Made by a program: the position numbers and the translations under genes
The notes under the pieces: generated by a model
Seen by the model: the letters and a program-made list of their open reading frames with translations, nothing else
Database searches by the model: none
Told to the model about the DNA's origin: nothing
Part shown: positions 1 through 8,746 of the stretch, piece by piece
How positions within the stretch are numbered: position 1 is the stretch's first letter
Layout: each line of letters opens with the position of its first letter
IMG/VR virus record: IMGVR_UViG_3300005512_000312
Span: 1 to 24,733 of that record
Length of the DNA stretch: 24,733 bases
Strand: one strand, 5' to 3'
From: a virus
Taxonomy: Duplodnaviria; Caudoviricetes

Positions 1-2010
1 CATGATGTGTTTCTGCAAAGCCATCGCCACAGGAGGCATACCAGCAACCATCGGCGTTGAACCAAAAACCATATGCGACATAATATGCGCTTGATGATTT
101 TGCCCCTCGAAGGCTTCGAGTTGTGCCATGTCGAGTGCATCAATATTCTCCTGTGCAGGGTCCGTGGGCCGCGAGTCGTCTTCCGGAGCCGCCTTCATGA
201 TCCGATCCACATCCTTCACGCCTAACGCATCGTACATATCGCGGTAGACTTCATACATGTTGTGCAGTTCCGGAGCGGCTCCTGCCAACTGAAGTTTTGT
301 CTGCGCTAATACAATCCGCTGTGCCTGACTGAATACGTTCGGATCAGAGACTGGGATCACGTCCACACGGTCATCAAAGTCTGTTGCCATGACGGCAGAG
401 TCTTCGCCTTCCACAGAGTATGGATATTCTTGCGGTAAGCTCTCTGCCATGACGCGCGCCAGAATCCTAAACTCAATCCGCATCGCATAATGCAACCGCT
501 TATGGATTGCCGACATGACCCGCGAGCCTTGCTCCAGCATCGCGATTGTCGTGCCCACAGCGGCGTTCTGGTTGCCGTCACCTACCTTCATGTCTGTAAT
601 GGTCGCAAACCGCTGTCCGGCCTCTACAACGAACCCTAGGAGGTTGTATAGCGTTGGATCGGGGCCTTTGAACGGCAGAGGCATCAAGCTGTCGCGAATC
701 GCACCGCCGGGAGCGTCCACATCTCGGAATTCACCGGGCTGAAGCGGGTCATCGTCGTCCCTGATCCGTAGACCGCGTGCTTTGAAGCCTGCCGGCAGGT
801 TCGAGAGCGTTCCTGCGTCGATCAACTGGCGAAGTGCAGAAGTTGCCGTGCGAGACAGGCCACCAATGGTGTGAATCAAGCCCAAACCATAGAAACCAAA
901 GCCGGGTAAGAACTTGTAATGCACAAAATACTGGATTTTCTTACGGAATTCGTCGTCTTCAGCGTAATTCCGACGGATTGCAAGGATTTCGCCGGTGTCG
1001 TAGCTTAAAGTCACGATGTAAGGGATCTTGATGCCGGTCAATTCGCCTTCGTCATCAATATCTTCGTAGCCTTCGAGGTCCAAATCGACGTGACACTCCA
1101 ACAAAGTGGCGTCGTAATCAATCTGAGAGGCGGTTACGCCATCGATCCGGTTAATTTCGTCGGTGACAGAGTCGCTCTGACCCTCGCCCGGAGTAACCGG
1201 AACGTCCAAATAGAAGCCAGATACCTGCTGTTTCCGCAAATCGTTCAAAGACATCCGCACTACTTGCGTAATATTCGGGCATGTTTCCAAATCAGAGGTT
1301 TCATAAGGCACAACAAGGTTTTCGGCGGGCACAAACTTGCTCACCGCGCGGTTTAAATTCTCATCAAAATATACTTTCTTGAAGGTAGAACCGGCTAGAG
1401 GTAGATAGAACAGCATCTGATCCATGTCAGGCGTGTAATCTTCCATCACGTTGGTGATGTAATAGTTCATGAACTGGCGAACGCGCCGTGCCTGACCTTC
1501 TTTTTCCTTGGTCTTATCGCCCATGACGGTAGTGCGGACAGGGCCAGAAGCCGGTAATAGCTCGTTAAACGCCTGCGCTTGGAACTGCGTCGCCGCTTCG
1601 GCCAACAAAGGATGCGTTACACCGCTTGATCCACGGAAAGGTTGCGTCCGCTCTTCGTAGTTAAAGCCCAGTAGTTCCAAACCGCCGGCATAGGCGTCTT
1701 CCCACTCCTGCCTTGATGCCTTATTGGCATCAAACTCTTCCAGAAGTTGTGACGCAACTCGAGCTAACTCGCGATCCGGTAGCTCTTCAGCAAGGTTGGC
1801 GTAGAAACCACCTTCTCCGCCCATCTCGTCTTGCGGTTCAAAATCGACTTCAACCCCGCCATCGTCGGTTGGGGAGATTTCAATCTCGCCGATATCCTCG
1901 CCCTGAAACATCGCAAGGACATTGTTCTGGGAATCAGGAAGCTCGATCTCGATTTCAGCTTGTAAGTCCTCAACATTGAGTTGGGAAGGTACATTTCTTT
2001 CAATAGCCAT
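1..2010 (-). CDS. Phage portal protein (3' end outside the window)
   Basis: Missing from the ORF track because it has no stop in the window. Manual translation from ATG at 2010 gives MAIERNVPSQLNVEDLQAEIEIELPD...SRQEWEDAYAGGLELLGFNYEERTQPFRGSSGVTHPLLAEAATQFQAQAFNELLPASGPVRT, and the same frame is open at base 1 (...MALQKHIM). The motifs match P22-like portals of aquatic podoviruses, and the gene lies downstream of terL. Confidence 0.9.
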   Translation of the reverse strand, partial: MAIERNVPSQLNVEDLQAEIEIELPDSQNNVLAMFQGEDIGEIEISPTDDGGVEVDFEPQDEMGGEGGFYANLAEELPDRELARVASQLLEEFDANKASRQEWEDAYAGGLELLGFNYEERTQPFRGSSGVTHPLLAEAATQFQAQAFNELLPASGPVRTTVMGDKTKEKEGQARRVRQFMNYYITNVMEDYTPDMDQMLFYLPLAGSTFKKVYFDENLNRAVSKFVPAENLVVPYETSDLETCPNITQVVRMSLNDLRKQQVSGFYLDVPVTPGEGQSDSVTDEINRIDGVTASQIDYDATLLECHVDLDLEGYEDIDDEGELTGIKIPYIVTLSYDTGEILAIRRNYAEDDEFRKKIQYFVHYKFLPGFGFYGLGLIHTIGGLSRTATSALRQLIDAGTLSNLPAGFKARGLRIRDDDDPLQPGEFRDVDAPGGAIRDSLMPLPFKGPDPTLYNLLGFVVEAGQRFATITDMKVGDGNQNAAVGTTIAMLEQGSRVMSAIHKRLHYAMRIEFRILARVMAESLPQEYPYSVEGEDSAVMATDFDDRVDVIPVSDPNVFSQAQRIVLAQTKLQLAGAAPELHNMYEVYRDMYDALGVKDVDRIMKAAPEDDSRPTDPAQENIDALDMAQLEAFEGQNHQAHIMSHMVFGSTPMVAGMPPVAMALQKHIM

Positions 2011-4288
2011 TCGTTGCTCCGGTCATATAAGGAACGTATTGCATAATACCATTGGACCGCGGTCCGCGGGTCATGTTCACTGCGCGGTCTTTCAAGGATA
2101 CAACTCCGCCGTCCGCCATGCCTTCTGGATCCATCTTGGACGTCGTCGTCATAACCGTTTCTGTTACCATGCGTTGTAATTGTTCGGGGTCCGTGACTCC
2201 CACTTCATTACGAATAAACTCTATCAGACGGTCTGTCACCAGTTTTTGATTAAAAACTTGTTTAAGTTCCTCCGACGGGGTTACTCCAGCTTCTTTACCT
2301 TGTATATCCAAACGGAGGTTTTGAACATCAATTTGTTGGCGAATGTCGTTTAAAAGTTGAGTAACTTCTTTCTTTGAGATTCTGGGAGCTACCTCGCCCA
2401 TCTTTTCGGGATTGATGAACAAATCTGCACGATTAACGAATGTTTGCTCCGGCGAATACAGTTGCTCTACTAGCCGTCCAGCAATTGTCGGAATGTTGTG
2501 ATTAAACACCGGCGTAGTTGGAGACAGCAAAGACAGTTGCCTTTCGGGCTCCATAAACATATCCAAATTTAATCTTCCACCTCGGCTTATGTTGTCAGGT
2601 CGTTTTTTACTAGGTGTCAAATCAGACGGAAGTTTACTTAAATCTCCGTGTTCTTTTTTAGCACGACCGGCGGCTTTAATAAGTTCTGGGTCAGAGTTTA
2701 ATGAGTTATTAAGCGTCGTGTTTAAGTAATCATTTAACTCTTGTACTTCCTGCTTAATTTTTACCTCATCAGGCGTGGTTAGGTTACGTTGAATAATTAA
2801 AGGTTCAGATTTGCCCTTAACCAAGTTCAAAGTATCTATCGGGGATTCTTTAAGGCTTCGATTTCCGCGAAAACGCTCTTGAACTGCGCGAGATTCGATT
2901 TCCCCGCCTAAGTTTTTATATAACTCATACGAGCGGTCTCTTGCAGATTTTGTTCTTCCGAGAAGAGACTCCATCGCTTTAACTGTGTCGTACCTATCGC
3001 CTAGTCCTTGCTTTGCTTCTTCTTGAAGTTTTAACAGCTTTTTCAGTTCTTTTGCTTCTTGTAACGCATAGTCTTCGGGCAAGACCCCCGGATCTTGACG
3101 ACGCATTAGCAAATCAATTTCCCTTTCCAAAGAAAGCAATGATTTCCCGAAACGTTTAAGTTTTGAATCAAACTTAAACCCGTTTTTTTCCGCCATATTT
3201 TTTGCAAAATCTATAGCAAACTGAGCGGATTGCTCTGCCCCATCAATAGAATCGGGCAGAAACATCTTTGAATTGCCGCCCCGATTTAGATCATCCACAT
3301 ATTGAGCATAATGCTGAATCTCATGGAGTAAGACGGAAACAACATCTTGCTCAATGTCTTCTTTTGAAGCCTGCCCAGTTTCTTGCATTCGTTTTTTTGC
3401 AAAGTCGTCAGCCGAAACATACATACCTGCTTCGGGATTCATTTCTATCTCAGGCCGTCCTCGCGGCCCCTTTGGGTTAAAACCAGCAAGCCGTTTGATA
3501 TTATCTGGAAGCGCAGATATTGGAGTTTCCTTCATGAAAGGGTACACTTTGTATAACTCTGGATGATCAAGAATGTCCCCCAAAACCTCGGGCTCGCTCA
3601 TTCCTAATGGAGAATCTTTTAAAGGTCCTAAAAGACCTTGTATTTTTCCTTTGTAGACCTTTCCAATTACTTCTTTTGAAGCGTCATCAAATTCGTCAAC
3701 GGCGTCGTATTGTTTATCCCCAAACTTAATTGGGAAACGTAACCGCGCTTGACTGTCGTCAATCTCAAACCGCAACTGTTTGTCTAAGCCGGGGAAAATA
3801 CCCGTCTGTTCAAAAACCTCTTTGTCGGTTGCCCCTTGCAATTTTAAAGAACGTGCCTCAACGGCTTTAGCGCGTATTGGTGCAGGGGTGTACAAACCTT
3901 CCGCCGCACCCATAATGGAAACAACTCCGGGGGCCGCGTTGCTTGCTCCCTTTAAATACACCGCGGATGCAGAAGGACCAACAAGATCTAAGGTGGCGGC
4001 GGCTAACTGCTCATCCGAAACGGGCAAGCCTTCAAGCTTTCGGTCAAACATAGCCAAACCGCGGCCCGCCATGCCCATGATCCCACCGGCAGGATCAAAC
4101 TCGTAAGGCTCTTCTACTTCGCCATATAATGGATGAGGAACGGTTTCTGCGCGGCTTCTCGGCGTAAAAAGGGTATCGTATACGCGGCCCGGTTGTTGAG
4201 TAACGTCTTGCTCAAATTGAGAAGGTTCCAACCCAGCATCGGATAGTTGCCTTTCAAAGTACCCAATACCCTGATTTCTTTCAGCCAT
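2000..4288 (-). CDS. Polyvalent protein with LPD23-like domain and HExxH zincin-like metallopeptidase motif; probable virion-delivered protein
   Basis: TGIFPGLDKQLRFEIDDS (LPD23 signature), LGDILDHPELYKVYP, VLLHEIQHYAQ..GG (HExxH), YKNLGGEIESRAVQER. 11-nt overlap with the portal start. Confidence 0.75.
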   Translation of the reverse strand: MAERNQGIGYFERQLSDAGLEPSQFEQDVTQQPGRVYDTLFTPRSRAETVPHPLYGEVEEPYEFDPAGGIMGMAGRGLAMFDRKLEGLPVSDEQLAAATLDLVGPSASAVYLKGASNAAPGVVSIMGAAEGLYTPAPIRAKAVEARSLKLQGATDKEVFEQTGIFPGLDKQLRFEIDDSQARLRFPIKFGDKQYDAVDEFDDASKEVIGKVYKGKIQGLLGPLKDSPLGMSEPEVLGDILDHPELYKVYPFMKETPISALPDNIKRLAGFNPKGPRGRPEIEMNPEAGMYVSADDFAKKRMQETGQASKEDIEQDVVSVLLHEIQHYAQYVDDLNRGGNSKMFLPDSIDGAEQSAQFAIDFAKNMAEKNGFKFDSKLKRFGKSLLSLEREIDLLMRRQDPGVLPEDYALQEAKELKKLLKLQEEAKQGLGDRYDTVKAMESLLGRTKSARDRSYELYKNLGGEIESRAVQERFRGNRSLKESPIDTLNLVKGKSEPLIIQRNLTTPDEVKIKQEVQELNDYLNTTLNNSLNSDPELIKAAGRAKKEHGDLSKLPSDLTPSKKRPDNISRGGRLNLDMFMEPERQLSLLSPTTPVFNHNIPTIAGRLVEQLYSPEQTFVNRADLFINPEKMGEVAPRISKKEVTQLLNDIRQQIDVQNLRLDIQGKEAGVTPSEELKQVFNQKLVTDRLIEFIRNEVGVTDPEQLQRMVTETVMTTTSKMDPEGMADGGVVSLKDRAVNMTRGPRSNGIMQYVPYMTGATNGY

Positions 4289-4307
4289 ATATCACATTTC
4301 CAGAATG

Positions 4308-5780
4308 TCAATAGTATGCCGCAACTTTAACAGATTGATCGGTATCTTCCCAATCATCTGTGGGCAACTGAATGAAATTCCCCTGCCGGTAGCGCATCAA
4401 GGCTTGGGTCATGGAATCGACCAAATCGTCATGCTCGCCATTAGGGAAGGCCGCGACTTCCTCAACAAGCTCCTCGGCCCAGACTTCGTCGGGGGCCCAA
4501 ACCATACCGGCTTCAAACAAGGGTGAAACAGCATGTACCCGTGAGATCTTATCGTTGCCCTTAGAAGGGGTGAAGTTAACGACGGGAATCCCTGTCTGAC
4601 GCATTTCATGAGTCAACGGCATACCCGATGCCTTAGCCTCCACGATGACGGTGTCGGGGTCCCAAAAATGATATTGTTCAAAAGCAATCGCCTTGAGTTC
4701 CGGAAAATCCCACCGCCCCTTCTTGGAGTCGAGCAAGATAATATTTGGCTGGGAACCTTCGTTAGGGTAGAACACCCCCCACGTCGTAATCGCCGAATAG
4801 TCGGCCGTCTCGCGTTTTGAAAACGCCGTGTCATAACTCTGAATGACAAACTGCAACTGAGGAACCGTATCCTTTTCCCAAACATTCCACCACTCACGTT
4901 TGATGATCGCGTTCTCTTCGCCAGTCGGATTCTGCTGATACTGAGCATTCCACTTGCTTGACGGTATCGATGCCCGGACCCTCGTTAAATCATCTAAAGA
5001 CCAATACTCAGGCCAGCAGGGTTCCTCATTCTCCTCGCCAGAATTAAAAATTGCAGGTAATTCAACGACTTCCCACTGGTCAGCAAGGGGATCCTTAGCC
5101 ATCGCTTTCAATAACTGACCCGTCATATCCTTCTCAGACCAACGAGTCTGGACCAAAACAATACTACCGCCCGGTTGCAAACGCTGACGTGGACCACCGG
5201 TATACCAGTCCCAAGCATCGTCAAACCCAGAATTGGACATCGCCGTCTGCTCCGAATGCGGGTCATCAATAATAATCAGATCACCACCACGTCCCGCGAG
5301 GTTTGACCCCACACCAACAGCGTAGTACATCCCACCCTTATTCGTGTCCCACCGGCCAGACGCTTTGGAATCTGCCGCTAACTGCACTTCAGGGAAAATC
5401 TCTCGATATTCATCGGATTCGATCAGGTTTTTGGTCTTACGGCCAAAATTGACGGCTAGTTCTGTCGTGTGTGTCGCTTGAATGATCTTCTTGGACGGAG
5501 CACGGCCCATGAACCACGCTGGAAACAGGTAAGACGCGAATTCTGACTTGGTATGACGTGGAGCCATATTGATGATTAGACGTTTCAGTTCACCTCGTGC
5601 AACGCGTTCCAGTTTTTCTGCAATGATTTTATGGTGCCGCCCTGCAATGAACTCGGGCCAAACGGTTTTAACAAACGCCAAAAAATTATTTTGACAAGTT
5701 TCTAACTTCTCTAGTTGAGCAAGCCGCAAACGAAGCTTTAGCTCTTTGTCGGATAGCAGTTCTAAGTGCTCTGATTCCAT
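4308..5780 (-). CDS. terL: Terminase large subunit (~490 aa)
   Basis: Walker A INMAPRHTKS, Walker B LIIIDDP, motif III VQTRW, RNase H-like SYDTAFS...ADYSA, IVEAKASG, FPNGEHDDLVDS. Likely start is the ATG at 5780 (MESEHLELL), not 6194. Confidence 0.95.
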   Translation of the reverse strand: MESEHLELLSDKELKLRLRLAQLEKLETCQNNFLAFVKTVWPEFIAGRHHKIIAEKLERVARGELKRLIINMAPRHTKSEFASYLFPAWFMGRAPSKKIIQATHTTELAVNFGRKTKNLIESDEYREIFPEVQLAADSKASGRWDTNKGGMYYAVGVGSNLAGRGGDLIIIDDPHSEQTAMSNSGFDDAWDWYTGGPRQRLQPGGSIVLVQTRWSEKDMTGQLLKAMAKDPLADQWEVVELPAIFNSGEENEEPCWPEYWSLDDLTRVRASIPSSKWNAQYQQNPTGEENAIIKREWWNVWEKDTVPQLQFVIQSYDTAFSKRETADYSAITTWGVFYPNEGSQPNIILLDSKKGRWDFPELKAIAFEQYHFWDPDTVIVEAKASGMPLTHEMRQTGIPVVNFTPSKGNDKISRVHAVSPLFEAGMVWAPDEVWAEELVEEVAAFPNGEHDDLVDSMTQALMRYRQGNFIQLPTDDWEDTDQSVKVAAYY

Positions 5781-5994
5781 GCCGGGGGACCCTAAATGTA
5801 TGCGAATGTATGGGTAAATATAAGGTAGTAAGCGACGATATGGAATATCTGATGAATATTTGTGAAAAACATGGCCCTTGACCCAGTAGCAAATGACCGG
5901 CGTCCGCGCGCCGCGAGCGGCTGTCGATCTGTCGGGAAAATTGATTAGCCTCGATTGGGCGGGGAACCTAGAATCACGGCTCACGCCTCGCGAT

Positions 5995-6105
5995 TGTGGA
6001 TAACTGACTGTGGATAACTTCGGATTTTGTCCACAGGCTAAGTCGTTGAAAGTATGCGAGAAACGCAACCCCAGGAGCTGCAAAACGCGCACCCTATTAT
6101 CCACA
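5995..6105. promoter_or_regulatory. Cluster of DnaA boxes with an IHF-like site
   Basis: TGTGGATAA at 5995-6003 and 6009-6017, TTATCCACA at 6097-6105 (all perfect), TTGTCCACA at 6027-6035 (1 mismatch). TTTCAACGACTTA on the minus strand at 6039-6051 is 1 mismatch from WATCAANNNNTTR. Confidence 0.75.
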
Positions 6106-6327
6106 GAAAACGCGCCGCGCTCCGTTACCGATTTGAACCGCTCCGCCGCTCCCGATCCGCCGGCATCGATCCGCTCGACTGGATAGCGCGCCACGCTCCG
6201 CCGATCCGATCCCCTGCCACGCCGAAAACGAACCGATAACCAGTGGCCAGTTATCCGCGGATCACGGCTCGCGGTACGTTTGGCAGGGAGCGCGGCCGAC
6301 GGCTCGCGGCTTGATTTACTACCGGCG

Positions 6328-6360
6328 AAAAAAAGGCCGGCGGGATCGCTCCGGCCGGCC
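6328..6360 (-). terminator. Intrinsic terminator, repeat copy 1 of 3
   Basis: AAAAAAAGGCCGGCGGGATCGCTCCGGCCGGCC: GC stem-loop with a U-tract on the minus strand. Confidence 0.85.
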
Positions 6361-6379
6361 GTGGGTTGACTGGTTGCGG

Positions 6380-6745
6380 TTAGTCGCGATCAGTCCGACA
6401 AACGAAAGCTAGCTCCGTTAGGCGTTGGGTGTTCAGGTTGAAATAAACGCGCTCGAATTCGCCGGTCTCGATCACGTCGCGCCCGATAATCAGCACTGGC
6501 TCCCAGTTGCGTTGAGCGAACCGGTAGTCGATCCCGTAGAAGTTAAGAACGCCGTTCAACCGCTCGCGAGTTGTAACAGTGTTCCAACCTGCCAACGTTA
6601 ACGCGATGATGTCAGCGTCGCCGGTTTTCCACGCGATAGCGTTACCATGTAACCAAATGGTGTCGCCATCGGTGCAAGTGTTGCCGACTGTCAGACTGTC
6701 GCCACGCGCCCAAGCTTGGACAATTTCTCGAGTAACTTTTCTCAT
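6380..6745 (-). CDS. Conserved phage hypothetical protein (121 aa)
   Basis: LHGNAIA and GWNTVTTRERLN motifs recall a widespread small phage protein family. Has its own leader, promoter and terminator. Confidence 0.8.
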   Translation of the reverse strand: MRKVTREIVQAWARGDSLTVGNTCTDGDTIWLHGNAIAWKTGDADIIALTLAGWNTVTTRERLNGVLNFYGIDYRFAQRNWEPVLIIGRDVIETGEFERVYFNLNTQRLTELAFVCRTDRD

Positions 6746-6788
6746 TTTCTATTCCCTTTAAGTTGCCGGCCGTTATTGGCCAGTCGTG

Positions 6789-6818
6789 AGTATAAACAGT
6801 GCTATGCGATAAACGCAA
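6789..6818 (-). promoter_or_regulatory. Sigma70-like promoter overlapping the TATGCGATAAACGCAA motif
   Basis: TTGCGT-N18-TATACT on the minus strand, directly after a terminator. Confidence 0.6.
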
Positions 6819-6819
6819 T

Positions 6820-6850
6820 AAAAAGGCCGGCGGGATCGCTCCGGCCGGCC
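6820..6850 (-). terminator. Intrinsic terminator, repeat copy 2 of 3
   Basis: 31 bp identical to 6330-6360. Confidence 0.85.
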
Positions 6851-6868
6851 TCGCGGTTGCTGTCTGGA

Positions 6869-7339
6869 TCAGCTCACGTCAATGGACAAAACGATGTCCC
6901 CGTCGGTGATCATCTCACGCACCACATCGCGGACTGCCGCATCGAATGAACTGTCGCCGATAGCGTCCCCGATCCGCTCGTCCACGTCGTCGCCGTCAAT
7001 AAACGATGAACGATCAAAAGCATGCTCGATTTCTTTCTCGACTCGATCATCGACAATCGACTCGACGGCGCGCTCAAAATCGTTGCCGTTCAATACGTCG
7101 TTCATCGCTTCATCAACCATGGACGTGAAAGCCGCCAGTATCTCAGGCTCAAGCAATGCGAACATACCCGCCGTGATGTTCTGGTTTTTTTCAAGGTAGG
7201 AGTTAGCACGGGTGCGCTCCCGCTCGATCTCGATCTCGGCGACGTGCAATTTATTGCGGTATTTCTCAATCTCAGCGCGTAGATCGTCCGGAGTAAACTC
7301 GGCTTTCAACACGTTAGTCATTTCGTTTAAATCAGTCAT
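6869..7339 (-). CDS. Acidic coiled-coil hypothetical protein (156 aa)
   Basis: ORF with leader CAACTACGGGGAA; N-terminal heptads and a very D/E-rich C-terminal half. Confidence 0.8.
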   Translation of the reverse strand: MTDLNEMTNVLKAEFTPDDLRAEIEKYRNKLHVAEIEIERERTRANSYLEKNQNITAGMFALLEPEILAAFTSMVDEAMNDVLNGNDFERAVESIVDDRVEKEIEHAFDRSSFIDGDDVDERIGDAIGDSSFDAAVRDVVREMITDGDIVLSIDVS

Positions 7340-7380
7340 TTTAAATTCCCCGTAGTTGCGGCCGGTATTGGCCAGTCCCG

Positions 7381-7410
7381 ATTATGCGATAAACGCAACC
7401 CTCAATGCAA
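7381..7410 (-). promoter_or_regulatory. Sigma70-like promoter with TATGCGATAAACGCAA motif
   Basis: TTGCAT-N18-CATAAT; motif at 7383-7398. Confidence 0.55.
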
Positions 7411-7412
7411 AT

Positions 7413-7438
7413 AAAAAGGCCGGAGTTATTCCGGCCTT
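7413..7438 (-). terminator. Intrinsic terminator
   Basis: AAAAAGGCCGGA-GTTAT-TCCGGCCTT. Confidence 0.85.
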
Positions 7439-7442
7439 CTGG

Positions 7443-7619
7443 TTAGCTATGGGTATAGCCGTCGGGTTCAATCCCGAGCCACATACCACACCATCGAATC
7501 ATATAACTGGCGTCAAACGTCGCACGCATTGCACGACGTCGAAACTCCAGAAACGATTGCGCTCCATCGGGATCACGACAGAATACGCGGTGCAGTGATT
7601 CCAATTGCTGTCTGTTCAT
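7443..7619 (-). CDS. Small phage hypothetical protein (58 aa)
   Basis: Start moved to the ATG at 7619 (MNRQQLESL...WCGMWLGIEPDGYTHS), adjacent to the upstream gene's stop. Confidence 0.75.
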   Translation of the reverse strand: MNRQQLESLHRVFCRDPDGAQSFLEFRRRAMRATFDASYMIRWCGMWLGIEPDGYTHS

Positions 7620-7620
7620 C

Positions 7621-7821
7621 TCACATTTCCCCCCAACCGGCCGAGCGTAACCAAGCGTTATCGGCCTCGCTGTCGTCCATAATCCGGCGAACTCGATCCG
7701 AATCCTCACAAGTGTGACACCACACTGGATTGCCGTCGATGCCAGTCGATCCGCACCGGTACTTAACTTCGCGGTAGCTATAACCGCGAGGGACATATTT
7801 CACAATGGTGTTTTCGCACAT
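7621..7821 (-). CDS. Small Cys-rich, possibly Zn-binding protein (66 aa)
   Basis: Start moved to the ATG at 7821 after the AACTACGGGAG leader; MC...CGSTG...CHTC. Confidence 0.75.
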   Translation of the reverse strand: MCENTIVKYVPRGYSYREVKYRCGSTGIDGNPVWCHTCEDSDRVRRIMDDSEADNAWLRSAGWGEM

Positions 7822-7855
7822 TTCAATTTCTCCCGTAGTTATGAAATGAGTTGCC

Positions 7856-7884
7856 AATATCGCATAGCTATTTTCGATGGTCAA
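7856..7884 (-). promoter_or_regulatory. Sigma70-like promoter
   Basis: TTGACC-N17-GATATT with an extended -10 TG; TATGCGA core at 7860-7866 in the opposite orientation. Confidence 0.6.
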
Positions 7885-7885
7885 T

Positions 7886-7916
7886 AAAAAGGCCGGCGGG
7901 ATTGCTCCGGCCGGCC
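7886..7916 (-). terminator. Intrinsic terminator, repeat copy 3 of 3
   Basis: One substitution (in the loop) relative to 6820-6850. Confidence 0.85.
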
Positions 7917-7933
7917 TGTATTAGTCGCGGTAA

Positions 7934-8524
7934 TTAAGCGGCGACTTTGTCCAGTAGTTTACCGGCGCGACGCTCAATCTCGATCCGGTTATCTTGGTGC
8001 GGAATATCACGGGCAATGGCGGTAATCGCCTGAGCCGCATCCCACACTGATTCCATGGGACGGCCTTCCTCTTTTTCATGCCGTTGCATAGCGGCCTTGG
8101 CCATGCGCTGAGACAGCCCCGCACGCTTGGTCAGAAAGTCCAACCGATCCTCGTCGGTTTTGGCGACGTTCGCTGACTTAGCTTTCTGCACGCCTTCCAC
8201 AAAAGTAGACGTCGCACCAGTCGCAAACGATTGCAGGGCAGGGCGCGCCTCAATGGCGAAACGATCCGGAGCGAACTTGGTGTGGCGAATCTTGATCTCA
8301 TGGAAATTCTCGACGCCCCATAAGTTGCGATTCATACATACGCCACGCAGGTACATGTGAGTATCGACGATCCGAGACTTCATCTGACCGGCGTCGATCT
8401 TCTTGTGAGCCAACATGTCGTCGAGTGTAAGGAAGCGTTCATCTTCAGGGCGGTTGAACCAGTTAGATGAAACAGCAGAGTTGCCGATGCCATGTGCAAA
8501 GGCGTTGGTTTGATAGGTTGTCAT
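7934..8524 (-). CDS. DUF932-family protein, apparently with a large in-frame internal deletion (196 aa)
   Basis: N-terminal VSSNWFNRPEDERFLTL and C-terminal YLRGVCMNRNLWGVENFHEIKIRH...EEGRPMESVWD..QAITAIARDIPHQDNR match the two ends of DUF932 proteins. Central motifs are absent. Start at 8524 follows the AACTACGGGAG leader. Confidence 0.75.
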   Translation of the reverse strand: MTTYQTNAFAHGIGNSAVSSNWFNRPEDERFLTLDDMLAHKKIDAGQMKSRIVDTHMYLRGVCMNRNLWGVENFHEIKIRHTKFAPDRFAIEARPALQSFATGATSTFVEGVQKAKSANVAKTDEDRLDFLTKRAGLSQRMAKAAMQRHEKEEGRPMESVWDAAQAITAIARDIPHQDNRIEIERRAGKLLDKVAA

Positions 8525-8570
8525 AATAAATACTCCCGTAGTTATGACCGAGCAAAATTGCTCACTGGTA

Positions 8571-8599
8571 ATAGTCTGATAAAACGCAACACAATGCAA
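8571..8599 (-). promoter_or_regulatory. Putative promoter with a degenerate operator motif
   Basis: TTGCAT-N17-GACTAT; spacer contains GATAAAACGCAA. Confidence 0.45.
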
Positions 8600-8616
8600 G
8601 TAATTTTTTACAAAAT

Positions 8617-8642
8617 AAAAAAAGCCCCGACTGGCGGGGCTT
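8617..8642 (-). terminator. Intrinsic terminator
   Basis: AAAAAAAGCCCCG-ACTGG-CGGGGCTT. Confidence 0.85.
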
Positions 8643-8647
8643 AGTGG

Positions 8648-8746
8648 CTAGCGACGACGTTTAGGTTTCGGCCGCTGTTTTTTATGTGCCTTTTCCCAAG
8701 CGTCTTCACCATAAAAAAGCTTGGCTAGCCATTCAATCAAAAACAT
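8648..8746 (-). CDS. Small protein (32 aa) with a basic tail
   Basis: Below the ORF-track cutoff: MFLIEWLAKLFYGEDAWEKAHKKQRPKPKRRR. Start overlaps the upstream stop, GGGGAG RBS, followed by a terminator. Confidence 0.7.
   Translation of the reverse strand: MFLIEWLAKLFYGEDAWEKAHKKQRPKPKRRR

Noticed and set aside
357-2003. Short ORFs on both strands in the first 2 kb
   Set aside because: Shadows of the portal gene, which the track missed because it has no stop in the window.
5781-6194. 138-aa N-terminal extension of TerL in the ORF track
   Set aside because: Not protein-like, and it runs through the DnaA boxes and repeats. Terminase-like sequence begins at the ATG at 5780.
6328-7916. 31-bp repeats as a CRISPR array or integron attC sites
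   Set aside because: Spacing is 490 and about 1070 bp with whole genes between. They are hairpin-plus-U-tract terminators, with no cas or integrase genes and no attC core sites seen.
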